From Balanoglossus misakiensis (Eukaryota > Animalia > Hemichordata), in assembly GCA_040954595.2 (NCBI GenBank), contig CM082580.2, positions 8,782,390-8,846,389 on the forward strand: a stretch of DNA of 64,000 nt. Reading direction: 5' to 3'. Of the stretch, positions 37,487-51,600 are shown in pieces. Below the pieces are notes generated by a model. The model worked only from the letters and a program-made list of their open reading frames with translations, did not search any database and was not told where the DNA came from. The number at the start of each line of letters is the position of its first letter. Position 1 is the stretch's first letter. A program made the position numbers and the translations under genes.

Positions 37487-37573
37487 TAACCCTTTCACCC
37501 CCAGTTCCCTCTATATAGGTCCAATCTTTACAAAACAGTGGGTTTTGACTGAACCATGGTGGTGAAAGGGTTA
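37487..37573. mobile_element. Tiny MITE-like element with piggyBac-like TAA|CCCTTT...AAAGGG|TTA ends (copy 1)
   Basis: TAACCCTTTCACC (37487-37499) / GGTGAAAGGGTTA (37561-37573) perfect 13-bp inverted repeat; related copy at 38699-38791. Confidence 0.55.
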
Positions 37574-38698
37574 CTATGAGTAAATGAATTTGCTATATAC
37601 TGGCCAAAGATACAATTTGTTCATCAAGTTAAGGAGTCGTTTTTTCAGGATAATGCTTTAATTTGCATGGAAGTCCCTAGGCTGGTCTAAATTAGTAATA
37701 CAGCATCCCTAGAACCATTATATACAGATAACAATGAAACGGCAAAATTAGAGGTTTACTCAATGTTCTTCATTCGGACAGATGAACATGGTGATGACAT
37801 TAAATCATGCATTGGAGATGATAAAACTTAACATTTAAGAAACTCTAAAATATATATTATCTAAAACAATTTTGCATAAAAATTATTTTCTATATAAAAA
37901 AAGAAAATTAGAAATAGAGTTTTAACTTCTTTCCAGAAGTATATAAATACTATTTTTTTTCGTCAAGGCGTTTTTTTTATTATTATTGTATCTGTTTTGG
38001 AAGTAGTTAACTTAAAAAACACATGGAGGGAAAGCTTGCTGTACACACACATCACTATTGAAGATTACATCTGCCAATATTTATGACAATAATCATAATT
38101 ATTATTTTGTTCGAAATCTTACAACACTTCAATATTGATTTATGAGCAAATATGTCTTCACTTGCTTCCCCAATGAAGATAAAGGATACAAATATGAAAC
38201 TCATTATTGGTTATTATAATAACATGAAAAATATTCACACTCGTAAAATTAAGTTTCAACTTCTGGGATCTGAGCCATGGCCTCTTTCTTGAACACTTCT
38301 CTGAATACATACGATGAAGTCTCTAGTTCCCAGTCCTGTTCCACCACTGCACTGATGAAAGTTTAGGTACACAGCACATCCATTGACCACAGTATCATGC
38401 ATTCTGATTGGCGAGCATATATTTCTTTGTATGGGATTATTCAACATTTAAAATAATAAAAATCTTACACAATCTATGTAAAACAAACCATATTAAAGTA
38501 GTGTATCATTGGAAATGTCAAGCAAATTAGCTTTGTATTCACCGATTCAGTCGCCCTGAATTCTTAGAAGTGACGTTACATTGAGGCCATTTTGCGTAGT
38601 ATCAATGTGGTGCTCGGCACATACCAGACCCTCTTTCGTTAGCACAGCGCCAGCAAGTGGTAGAACTCGGGGGGAACTGTCTGATTACACACACATTA

Positions 38699-38791
38699 TA
38701 ACCCATCACCCCTTTTCCTTGTACATGTATATAGGTTCAACCACCCCACTGAAAACAATGGGTGGAACCAAACTGTGGAGGTGGAAGGTTA
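38699..38791. mobile_element. Diverged second copy of the 37487 mini-element
   Basis: TAACCCATCACCCC...TATATAGGT...AAAACAATGGGT...GGAGGTGGAAGGTTA is colinear with TAACCCTTTCACCCC...TATATAGGT...AAAACAGTGGGT...GGTGGTGAAAGGGTTA. Confidence 0.5.
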
Positions 38792-39626
38792 TATAAACTG
38801 AGTCCCATCCATTGTCTCATATAATAAACCTCACAACAGTACTGATAGCTTCTGACATGTCACGACCTTTGAACTATAACCCCTGACTGTGCGTACATCT
38901 GGGTGCAACTTGGCCCTGTGCCAAGTCATGCATCTTTGTCGTCTCTTGGTAATGAAATGCTCTTTTTTTTTTCGCATTTTGCATATTTCAGACCAGCTGC
39001 ATCAGAAGTCTTTAAAATAACAAGAGGATTATATATATCTCCACAAATGGATATGATTCAAATTGTAATGACAAAGGCTGCTGCTGCTGCAATCGTGACT
39101 GATGTCTTAGTTTTCAAAGCTTGGATGCCAGTGTTTGCCTAAAACATACATAACACAAAAAGTTTCCAGTGCGTGACTCATTTTCTATGTACATGACAGT
39201 GATTCTTGCAAGCACATTCTCAAAATATAAAACGTATACAGACTGCTCATTTCTGAAATAATGTTTAAAAAATGTACACTTAGTATCTCTGCTCAACATT
39301 TTGCTATGAAAATGTATTTGTTCTGATGGACCGGTAAATGTGCACATGTCCTTCGGATGGTGCCATACCCCTTTCAGAATGGAACGTTCCTTCACCCACA
39401 ATGCAACATCATTGTCACCCTCTCACTGAGAATGGACCTTTTCTTTACCCATGATGCAACTTCTTTGTCTTGCGACATCTTTTCACCTTTAACCTTGAAT
39501 CAAGGGGTCAAACGGGCACCTGGATCTTGTCTATTTACATGTCTGTCCTCGCTCTTTCTCTCACCATTCTCCTCCTCCATCTCCTCTTCAATCTTGCTTG
39601 GATATTTACACAATGTCTTCGTAAAG

Positions 39627-42600
39627 TCAGTGTTTGAATTCATCAAGTGGTATCACAACACCATCTGATGATAAAACAAATACTGCATACTGAAATACCA
39701 TATTACATTAATTTCCTAAGTTCTGAAGAGCAGAATGTTTTTCCTTTCGTTTTGAGCCAGAAAAGAAAAACAGAATGAGCATGGTTGTATATCAAAAGGA
39801 AGCAAACTGAGTTTCAGATGGCATAAAGTTTTGTTTCAGTGACAAAGCAAGTGGTTTAGGCACTCGTGTGCATCTTTCAAAGAAAGTTCTCAGCGAGTGA
39901 ACATGAAAGTGTCAGGAACCCATTCTACTTACCATCATGTACCTTGACAATGGCTTCACATACAAATTTATACTGTGCTGGTGTCTGTATGAGCATAGCT
40001 CTCTGCTCCCTCATCGTTCTTACAATATCCAGTGGATACACCGGCTCGTTGCTCTCTATCAAACACATCGCGGTCTCCATGGTGATGAGCACACCTGTCC
40101 TGCCAATGCCCGCACTGCAGGGAAGAAACGGATAGGGTGTTAATTTTGTGAATTGCCACTAGAGGGCACACCTCACTATCTTTTTCACCCTCAAGTGATA
40201 AAACTTTCAGTCCCAATTGTTTGCTTCTTTTGCAATTGCAAAGTGTTATGAAGTTGATCTTCTTGCCAAAGTAATAATCACTGACATCTTTACCTGCAAT
40301 GCACAATGGTACACGACGTCATTCCCTCTCTGTTTTTCCTCACTTTCATGACAAAGTCCAAGAAGTCTCCCGGGTCCTCGGGAACACCGTGATCTGGCCA
40401 GGCGATGTACTGCATCTGTAAAACCTGTCGTCTCTCTTGAGTCTGCAAACACAGAGAGAGAGAGAGAAAACCTGTCAATCTGCTGTCTTAAATCTCATTG
40501 GTTGTTTTTCAGCCCTTTGAGTCTTCTTCACATTTGACAATTTTCCTGCATTGCAGACGTCTACTTACGTTGAGATTTGTTATCGTAAATTCTCGGTTGG
40601 CAAATATCGCCGCCTCTTCACACATATTACATGAAATTTCTAGGGAGCCTAGGGTCATGACCTGTCCAAATTCTGGCCAATACTGGTGACATTTGACCTG
40701 TTGTGAGAGAGAGAGACAGAACAGGCGGTATGCGTCAAAGACAATCATGTGAAGAATTGGAATCAGAACGGTTACTGATCACACATTACTCTGAACCAAC
40801 TAATACACTATCTGTCACTCACCCTGCCTCTCTCAACTTTTGTGGTCAGCATCACAATCAAAGTGGCTTGTTCCTGCCACACCATCCTCCAGAAGTCGCC
40901 TACTGTGTTCGGGAGAGGGCCCTGGGCTGCAACGTACCTATTCACTATGCCAGATCGGGGAATTTCCATCTGAAAGAAAACATCAAGTAATATATTAAAC
41001 ATTGTATACATGTAATCTAATTCAACAGTAAGACAGCCTTAGTCAGTCGTTTCTAACCTATCCCCAAACATGAGTCAAAACAGTTTCATGAGCACAACCA
41101 AACAGACTATATTGGAACAATTAAAAGGGCAAATTATTGATGAGAGACCCTCAGCTAAGGTCACTTACAGTTACATAATTGGCATTGATAAAATCTCCCT
41201 CTTCTCCTTGTAAGAGAACTCTCGTAGTGTCATCTGAAACAAAACAAAAATTGTGAGCTATAATTTAACATCAGAGATTATGACTGGTGATGTGCAGAGA
41301 TCAGATCTGTCCACTACGAAAACCAACCAACAGGAAAGAATGTTACAGGTTGACTTGTACACCTGAACATGAAGACCAGTGAACAAGAACTTGTACGGTA
41401 CTTACACGGCGACACATCCCTGTACCTATTCTTGGTGATATTTTCCGGCTTCCGGCAAGCTATCATGGTCATTCCTGGCTTCTTCCGGAATAATTGCTGG
41501 GGAAAACACAAGAGCCATTCATCATTCCACTGCAAATATTCCCTGTCACTAGCACCCAAGAGCTCGGCATCTCGAAATGCAAACAGCTAAAGTTTACACG
41601 CGTACAGGCAAATCGCATGATTGATCGCTGATTTACGGTCGACAGTTCCAGCATTTAAACTGCATCTCCAGTGAGTCATTACGTCACCCGACCTTTGCTC
41701 TATTCGCTCTCTGCGTCAAATCATTTCCCTTTTTCTCTCACTTTCCTCGCAATACATCTCATTCTCATGTAGCAAACATCACCAAAGAAAATCCCTTATG
41801 CACAACACCTAGTACAGTAAAAACAGGGGTGTTTCCTGCATTCCAATGAATACTCACATCAAACTGTGCAAGGCCCGCTCCACTTTCAAGACTCTCTTTC
41901 AACAAGAGTATTGACTCCCTGAGAATGTCTGATTCAGGCACTCGGTTGGCTATGGTTGGTGTGTCTGGTATGTACTGGAATGCTGGCTCCTCCTCTTCAT
42001 CACCGACATACACTAGAGATAACCACAGATAACCAGGTCAGTTAACCAGAGACATCCCAAGCAAATCTGCAGCAAAGCGAGTCAAAGTCCAGTTGAAGCA
42101 AAATCAACAAATTGAAACAAATTCCGATAATCTCACCGTTGGGTCTTACTGTCAGCACTAAATCCCCAGTCTTTGTATCCCGCTTCGACCGGATAAAATT
42201 GATAACTTGTTCATGTGTAAATTGAGATATATCTCGACCGTTTATTAGCAGTAACTGATCCCCTTCATTAAGCCTAGGTGTGCATAAATCCGCCTACAGG
42301 AAAAAGAAAATACATGACAGTGGTGTGAGAGAATGACCCTACCCGACTGTGTTCGACTGTGATGGGCCATCAATATTGATTTTCCAATCATGAGCGTCTC
42401 ATTTCACAATGGCTGAACTCGATTTCCTATGAAAATTGACTGGCCTAATGGATAACATTGGACTGGTCCATGTGGAGAGACGCGGAGGGGAGTGCAAGGT
42501 GTCTTTGAGGGGGTGCAGTTTTCTTGGCAGTGTCAGACAGTGGGACAACAGTCGCTAAGAATTTCGCACTGAGATGGCCGATTTTGCTCCTGGTTTCACA

Positions 42601-45600
42601 GGTGTATGTTTTATATGTTCTTGAAGCAAAACATGAGAGTTTCATTTCCTTCATGTATAGCATTTTATGGATGTCAAACTTTAAAAAAAAAAAGAGAAGC
42701 AGTGCTCCAAAAAGTTTCTATTTATTCTTCTTGAATAGATGTACCGGGGTACACACAGCATTTAAAAACACTTTGCAGGGAAGTTGCGAACACATCCTTC
42801 CCTCAATGGCTGCTGAATGCTTCCATGAAACAGTGACATCCTGTATCTGTACGGTTCCCTTTTTTATTTGATAGGGAAAGTGAAACTGAGATACCTACCG
42901 GTGTATTGGGAGCCACTCTGGACACAATGACAGGCATCTTTTGGTCAGCACCTCCTTTGACGTTGAATCCAAACCGACCCTGGTCGTCCGGCTTCATGCG
43001 AATGAGAACAAGGTTATCGGAAGGCGTGGACATCCCATTCGGCTGGAAAACAAGCATATCGCAACGGTCACATATGGTTGCTTTGCTCTCACAAACTGAT
43101 CAGCACCCAACAATAAAACTTCCTCCTTCAATTTGATGCGGCACAAACACCGCCTGCCCTCCAGTGATCGAAATTGGAAATTTGCCAGGGCTACATGATC
43201 ACGACAAGCTTGATCATGTCTCATTGAAGTTTTAAAAATAGAAGATTAGCTATTATTTTGCTTTACTTCCTTTTCAATCAAATCTTCACTCTTGAAAATC
43301 TCTTTCAACAGACAGAATCAGAATGAAGAGTGAAAAATTAAAAGTAAGAATCAAAAATGTCTGATGACAATGAAAGGAGGGTTATACCTCATTTCCTGTT
43401 GAAAATTGTCTCGTAAAATTTTAATATTCAACATAACAATAAACTGAATGGTTTATTATTTCACCAGATGTTGATTTAATTGTCTGTGATTCAAGGAGAA
43501 CCATTTCTATTATTTGGATTTGAGTAGCGGTCGTCGCAACTTACCATGCTCTCATACGTTGGCAATTCATAGGTTTTTTCTGTGAAACTATAGCTGCTGC
43601 CACCTTCATCCATGTACAGCATTTTAGCCGGGACGGTCGGTGAAAAAACATCATCGCTCTTTGTAAAGCCGTTTTCACTGCATTAACAGAGAGGGAGAGA
43701 GAAAGGGGGTTGGAGGATAAGTCTCATGAATAAAACCCAGAAGACGCTGACACTCTAACAGCAACATAGGCAAAGGATCATCCTGACCTATTTACACTCC
43801 GACAAAACGATAAATCCCCATAAAAATGACAGATCCTTCAGATATTATACAAATATAAGCTTCCAGTAAGACTGACAGCTTGTGGATCAGATTGCAAATA
43901 TCCAGCCAGCAGAAAACATGAATTATATAAATAACTCATATTGCAGACCATTGCCACAAGATGAATGGAGGCTTCACCCAGTATTACATGTAAACCACTG
44001 AGTGACCGCCTTCTACACTGCATTTCTAGGTCACATTCTCGGAAATGTCTCCCTCCCTCTGGGGAAACTTGACAATCACGCTCGATGATTTATGAACACC
44101 GTGACGTGAATCAGACTCAAATTTGCAAAGTGAAGTGCACTCTTCCTGCCCACAGCATGGAGGAGACGCCAAGTCTAAATGCATTCAGTGCAGAGAAGTT
44201 ACAGCTGCCCCCCCCCTCTCATCCCATTAAAGACAGAGTTCATCGGTGAAATATCACCAACATATGAATCGTGTCCCACTTGCTGACATGTACGGTAAAC
44301 ATTTGTACATTTTGGTACCGTCTATTTATTTTATTTGCACTTGTGGGTGGAATGACTAATCGTGGAAAAAAACGAGATAATGAGAGATAGCCAAGATAAA
44401 ATGTTTGATGTTTTATTAATGATGCTGACCTTGTCTGATTAATTTACTAGCCTGATTAATACGCAAAAAACAAGGGAGAGATATCGTAGAGAAGATAATT
44501 CTTTATCAGTAATACTGAAACATATTAATCTTGTTGTAAAGACAATTCTTCAATTACTTTTTTTTAGAATGACCTAATTGAGCCAAGGATGGATTAGGGT
44601 AACACATGTTACTTGTCACATGCCTTTAAAATCACTGACTGCCTGTTTTATAGACACACAGATACCATGTTTTTAGTGGGCTTATTAAAACTTGATAAGA
44701 TGCAAAATACTTACTCCTCTGACCGGTGGCCATCAGACCTAAAAATTGGTAGAAAAATACATAAAAATGGAAGTATTATATAACAGTGACTGTCTGTCAT
44801 GAAGGGAAACCACATTCAACATCTAAATTCAGACATCATTGAATCTGGGTTGTTTCAAAAAGAATGAGTAACCCTGCTCCACTCCTGCCATGATTTGCAC
44901 AAATGGCCACTGGTGGTGTCTGTATCGATTTCTTTTAAAATGAAATTCAAATTTCCAAGTCTTAATTAGTAATTAGGGCATTTATGCATGACTTCCACAA
45001 GTTAAATGACGGCTGAATGAGTAATTTGATGGTTTATGCTTACCATGCTCGTTTGGGCGACGTCGTACATGTTGGTGGTATCCTCCCATCAAAACTACTG
45101 TACATGCTTTTACTGAAACAAAAAATCATAAACAGAATCAGTCGTCATATAATATTCTAATAGTATCCTCACTAAACATACACATCTCACACGCACAAAC
45201 CTTTCATTGCCTTCATCATGCCAACTGTCTACACTATGTAGATTTTGAACAGCAATCCCATTGATGAAAAGCAAACCGTTTACTCACTGATTTTGAGATA
45301 AAGGCTTTAAATATGAGGCTCTGAACGGCTGTCCATTGGTGTCTTCCCTGCCAATGTCGTGCACCGACGCGATTGTCCGCCTCGCGAACCGCTTACTCGG
45401 CGACCGAGAGAAGTCCCGGTCTCTGTTGGCTATCCTTCTTTTGCTTTCTTCCACTGTCTGGTATTCCGTCCTTCCGCTGCAAACGAAAACAGTCTGAGTA
45501 AAAAACTGAAGTGTTTCGTTCCAGTTGTCATGTACGGGTACAAGCAAAGGCATAAAACTGTCCGTTTTAACATAATTTTCACTTTCCAGGTGTGTTTTAT

Positions 45601-48600
45601 GAGCTGTCACCGGGGGGCTTCCTGGAAACTGTCGAGCTGCAAATTTGTTTTCAAGACGACGGGCAAGATGAAGGCGGGAACGTGCAAGGTAAGCAATTAA
45701 CCGTTGAATAAGATCAGCCGCACGACGGAAATATAATCTGACACTATGCTCACAAAGCATATTCCATCGCTTTTATTCCACCATCAGCTTTCTGTGTTCT
45801 CAACAGAAATGATAGCAAACGATCTGATTCCTGAGTTGAATTAATTGATTTAACATCAAGTGTTGGAAAAATTAGATGTCTTTCATGGAAGCTACAACTT
45901 ACATTGATCCACATATACATTTATTCCTCAAGATATGAAAAGCTCCAGCTATAAAAAGTCACACACATGATACACAAACACAATTATACAGACAGACACT
46001 CGCTCACACAAATGAATCTTAAGGTTAATATACAAAAAGCATAAAACACTGCTTTAGCAACAAGGCAACAACAGCAGTAAGCACTATATGCTCCGAGAAA
46101 CGCAAAATTCTACTAAACCATAACCTATACACAAAATATGTGAGTGGACGACATGACCTCACCTGTACCTAAATTTAGATCCGAGCTGAAAGAGCATTTT
46201 CCTCTTGTTGGATGGCTTTGGCTCCGTGAGTCGGAAGAAAGTGTGGTGCTCCACGCAGGACTTCCACAGATTCTTACACGACCTGTAACTGCCCATGTTG
46301 AAGCCTATCACATGCTCTCGTGTGTCGCTCTACAAAAAGATACAAATTGGTTATTTTTCATCTGCCGTGTACTGCAGCACCCCTGCGGGCCCGCAGGTGG
46401 ACGTGATGTGGAAGACGCCAGTGATGATGCAAGATTATTCAAATGGGGGTGTATTAAAAGGCTGACGAACATCTAGATCAGTATATGGGGAGGGGTGGAA
46501 TTAGAAATAAATTGTGAGGAAATTGACAACTTTGGCACGATATTTTACAAGCAGTGAGGGGTAAACAGCATGCCTTCAACGGCAAGGATGTTGTTGTGAC
46601 ATTGTTTCTTTCTCGTATTTTCTATTGATGCAATCATATGGGTATGACTGACTTGATCTTGGCTTTGAGACAGTCACTTTCACTGGAACATTTTACCATG
46701 GACAGGAAGCATCACAAGATGACATGCACATATGCAAATGAGGAATAGGAAAGACACACATAAGGCACAAACACACAAACACAATACGTAGCAAAGCAGG
46801 CTCAAATGCACTTCTATTCTACAGGTGCACTTACAGAAAGCACTACTGAAAAATCTGGCAAATCATCAATTTTTTAAGGATAGGGGAGAAAAAAAATTCC
46901 ATGCAGGTTATAGGGGAGTATTTTTTTAAATTCAAAGAAGATTACATTTATTTACTTTAACCAAGATTCTCCCCCAAATCAAAATACACTCCTCAGAAAC
47001 ATCTGTGGTTGAATATAAATTCACTGAGAATTTGACGACAGAACAATATAACTGTTTCACAGTTTTATGGGGACTGGTCGCTGTGAGTTTATACCAGTGC
47101 AGGGAAACGGGTGCTCGAGGCAGAGAAAGATATCTTGCAACTTTGCAACGATTTGATTTCCACACACCTGAAGCATTTCCTGCATCTGAACCATCATGCA
47201 GTGTTGCCGTGACAACGCCGGTGGACAGCCGAATGCACAAAGACGAAGAGACGACAGTGAGAAAGTGATGAGGGTGTCAGTGAGGTGTGTTTTGTTGTTT
47301 CTGTGCCATCATTTGCAAGGTAAACAATGTACAGAGACGCACAACAAAAGAAAAAAGTCTTTGAGAGACGACAGACAGCCAGGCATCGAGTTGTGTGAAC
47401 GTGATTTCTGACCATCATGCTTTCTGATTAACCTCAGAGGTCATGCCAGGTCAATCAATATTACCCAAGATGCAACTGTGTCAGCTGGGCATGCAACGTG
47501 TGCATTCAAAACAAAATCCTTAAAAGAAGTTTATTCTGATCAGCAAAAAAAAATCTGTCAGAAATCTGGATCAAATAATGCGGTCTTAGATTACGCACGC
47601 TGTTGACATTGATGGATAGTTAACCAGGGGTACTCAGCAGATTATTAGAATACTATAAATGCACAGTATGATTCATTGTTACATTTAACACACAGGACAG
47701 TCGATTTTAGAATATCGTTTTTCACCAGGCAAAAAAGGTGCATTATACTTCCTAAAATTAGAGTACATGTACTCATTATGATGATGGATGACTAAACTGT
47801 GTCTTGCAAACATTGTCTCAAGTCACTTCAAAACTCAGACACAAGAATTTTTTAAAACTTTTGCCGAAAAATAAAAATAACACGCACAAGCAAGACAGAA
47901 AAAAAAACCAAGCATGTCATGATGAATGCATATTTACGTAGAGGCACACAGAAGACATAGCAGACAAGATTCACAAGCTTTAAATGTAGACACAGTGATT
48001 ACATCACAATACTTGCAGACACAAACAATAGTAAATTATTGAATTAAAAATTGACAGATTGTTTCTTATCGGGTTGACACTGTCGCATTCTAGAATTTGA
48101 AAACAAAACACACAGACGCAGGGTTTGTAGAGTCCACACATCAGACTTCTTTGCATGTCGTTCCGATCAATACTTTCCAATCTTTCAATTTCAGACTTTG
48201 CCAGTTTTACAGCACGTTAGAAATCGTGCACAGGGAAATTACTCATTCTATAAATAACATTGATAGACTGCCAACATCTGGAGTTGCATAAAAAACGGGG
48301 GAAGATTTTGTGTATCGCTTGATTTAGGACCAGCGGTGAGTTTGCACTCCACAAAAACACCCCTTTTCACAAAAAAGGGGTGTTTATTACAGAGAATCAA
48401 TGGAAACTTGCCTGAACAGCTTGTCTTTTCTCAGCACTTAACTATTAATAACACCACCGTGTTTTCTCTCACAGACGGGAGAAAGTCATCACCTAGGTAT
48501 CATGATTTATGGATAATCCTCTTTTATCCTGGTTACCGGGCAAAATGAAATCCTGTTTCCCCTTTTCTGAGAGTCTTCTCAGTTACCATGGCTACGGTTA

Positions 48601-51600
48601 TATATTTTTCCCATTCAATTGTGTCGACCTTATACCTTTATTGCCCAATCGTCATGAGAGTTGGATTTTTTTTATGAGAAACGAATCACAGTTCGTCCAC
48701 GAACAAACTTTGTGATAACTTTGTGTCTTGTCATCTTTACTCTGTGTGGGAGGTGTACTAAACTGAAACTGCAGATTAAATCTCTTTAAGTGTTACAATA
48801 CCAGTTTTGTTGCACAGTTAATTACATATTAATATTGGATCTGAAGGACTCACCAGTTCGCGTCTGAGTTGGATGAAAAACTGCCGCCTTTTGAAAGAGA
48901 TTTTGACAATCTTGGCCCAGGAGAAGGTGTTGATTTTCATGTTATTCTGAAAGACTACTAGCCCAGCTGACGTCACCCCGAGCTGGATCTCGATATTACT
49001 TTGGTCCTGTGGTGGTGTTAAAAAAGAAATGACGACAAAAAAAAGAAAAGAACACAGGGTAAAAACTACAGGAAATCAAAAGCACCTCGAGACAGCACAT
49101 AAACATTTGATGTGAGTTTTAATATGTTTAAAAAGTGTCGGACGTGAATCGCCAGCTCCCAAGTCAGCTTACTTTTTCTGTCTCAGTTTGAATTACTAAT
49201 TTCAGTTCAGTGCAGTACTTCCTGTGAAAACAGCAAAGCATAGCGGTAGAATTGAATTGAAGCCTCTAAACCGTTTTGTTAGCTGGAAAATACCTGGCCA
49301 TTACCCCGAGAATAGAGTCTCTGATTACAACCCAGTGTGTGCGCTGAATGGTCAAGATTAGACATGTACTGCAGCTCAAATAACCGAAACACTCTCTCCC
49401 TGGCTTTTAGCTAATTATTTGAATCTCCTGAAGATAGCTTTTGGTGCAGGGCAATGGAGTCTTCGTGGAAAATTCCCTGTTTACCCTATTTTCCTGGTCG
49501 ACACACCCATAAAAAGGGCAAGGACTGTGCAGCCATCTTGGGAACTGGCAACAGTGTGGGTTTACTGTGTGTGTGCCAAATTGATTACAAAGTGATGCGG
49601 AAACTTCAATAATTGGGTCTGAGAAATGACTTTTTTATGGCACTAGTATGTGTGATGAATTACTTAATAATTGATTTGGACAATTAATCTCTGATGCTAT
49701 TATGCTACATGTAATTATAAACAAACATCCACAAAGATCTTCAACATAGGAGCAACTTTTCTCCCCAAACTGCCACTTGCGCATTGAGTGTGATAGATCA
49801 TGATTATCTCAACGCTGCCACAGATATAATCAAAACATAATGATTTAGGTATTCATTACAAATTGCCACCATCAAATCTGATGGAAAATCCGACTTTTGC
49901 TATAAATGCAAAAATATTGATGATGTTTCTTGAGAATGTCTTTAATTGAAAAATCAATATCTCGAAAGCAGTGAATGTTTACATGACAAGGAAAAGCTTC
50001 AGTGAGACATCGGTCACCACACTTTACCTGTAACTGTGCACAACTTACGATCAAAATTACAAATTCAGATTTTGTACATTCAATTTGGCAGTCATAAATT
50101 TTACACATACACATGAAATCAGAAGAAATACATGGCCAAATTTTCTTCGATCAGGAATCGGATGACAGATGTGGTTATCGTAAAAGAAGCTGTTCCTTCC
50201 ACAGTACATGAATAAAACATCAACAATTTTTGGAATACGTCACTTTTATATTGAACCATGCATTGGGTGCAATAGTTAGCTTTGTGCGAAAGGTTAGCTT
50301 TTTGTGAGGATTAGACTCTGTGCGAGGAGGGGAGGGGGATTAGCATTATGTGAGGGGGTTATATGATGAGGAGGGGAGGGTATAGACACAATGGAAGACG
50401 AGTGAAGTGTCAAACTCCAATTAGACCAACCGCAACCTCCACACGCTGGTAATATGCAAGAAACAAAAGCAAACATAAAGCCCTGTGAGTGATCTCGTCC
50501 CTCATAAAGACATGACATGAAGCACAGATTTTAGTAAAAGAAAGAGACGTTCTCGATAACCAACCAAAGGATAACCATGCATAACCGATGATAACTAATG
50601 CAAAACTACCACAAACCAAAATAAACTATTCATAGAAATGGGATGCTGATGTTCCCTGCTACAGTCCTAAATATCTTGCTCATTTTTTTTCTTGTTATTT
50701 GTGAGTGGAAATCATGCATTATGCTTGCTGAACAGAAAACCTGCAAGACAGTACAACCAATCTACTAAGTACCTCCAAGAAGGCAAGACCAGATGATGTT
50801 TTTTTTAATACACCAATCACCAGCATGCAAACCAGCAAACAATATCTCGATCCAAGCAAGTTTGTCTTAACGTACTAAACATTAAAAATATGCACTAACA
50901 GTGATTTCTGTTATTAACTAATCACATCTAAAACTGGCAACTGACAAAAATATTCATGATTGGACATAAAACATTTCTAACACTGCTTAAAATTAAACGC
51001 AGCATGTTAACTAATGACCATTTTAAACCAGTAAGAAAACTATATAAACTATTACCACAACTACCAAACAAATAGCTAAACTTATACCTTGAAGTAGAGA
51101 CCTGTCTATGACAAGAAATAAATGGCAGATACAACTAACTGTACTTCGCTTAGGAATGGTGAACACTTTTAAACGGATAAATTAAAACGGGGTATAAATA
51201 TAAAAGATAACAACGATTCGACACAAAACGAAATATAAACCATAATTTGACACAAAATGTAATACAGAGATATATAAAATGAGAGGGAAATGATAATATG
51301 GAAGGTTAGTGGAAGCATATTACATTACCAGCAGTGCACGGCTACCTAGGCCTAGGAGTGTAAGCAGCACATCCATGTCCGTGCTAAGTCTTACCCTGGC
51401 GTAGTGTAAGTCTACACCGTACATCTCGAGCCGCTTGGCTTTGTCTAGGAAGTTGTATTCTGCGTCTGCCGGTGTCTGTCCACTGTGGAAAGAGAGAGAG
51501 ACAAGAAGAGAGTTTTATTTTGTGAGTGTGTGAGAATGATAAACCTTTTTTCCTGTCTATTGCTACATCTCACAGTCAAACTCCCATTTTCCTTTGTCGC

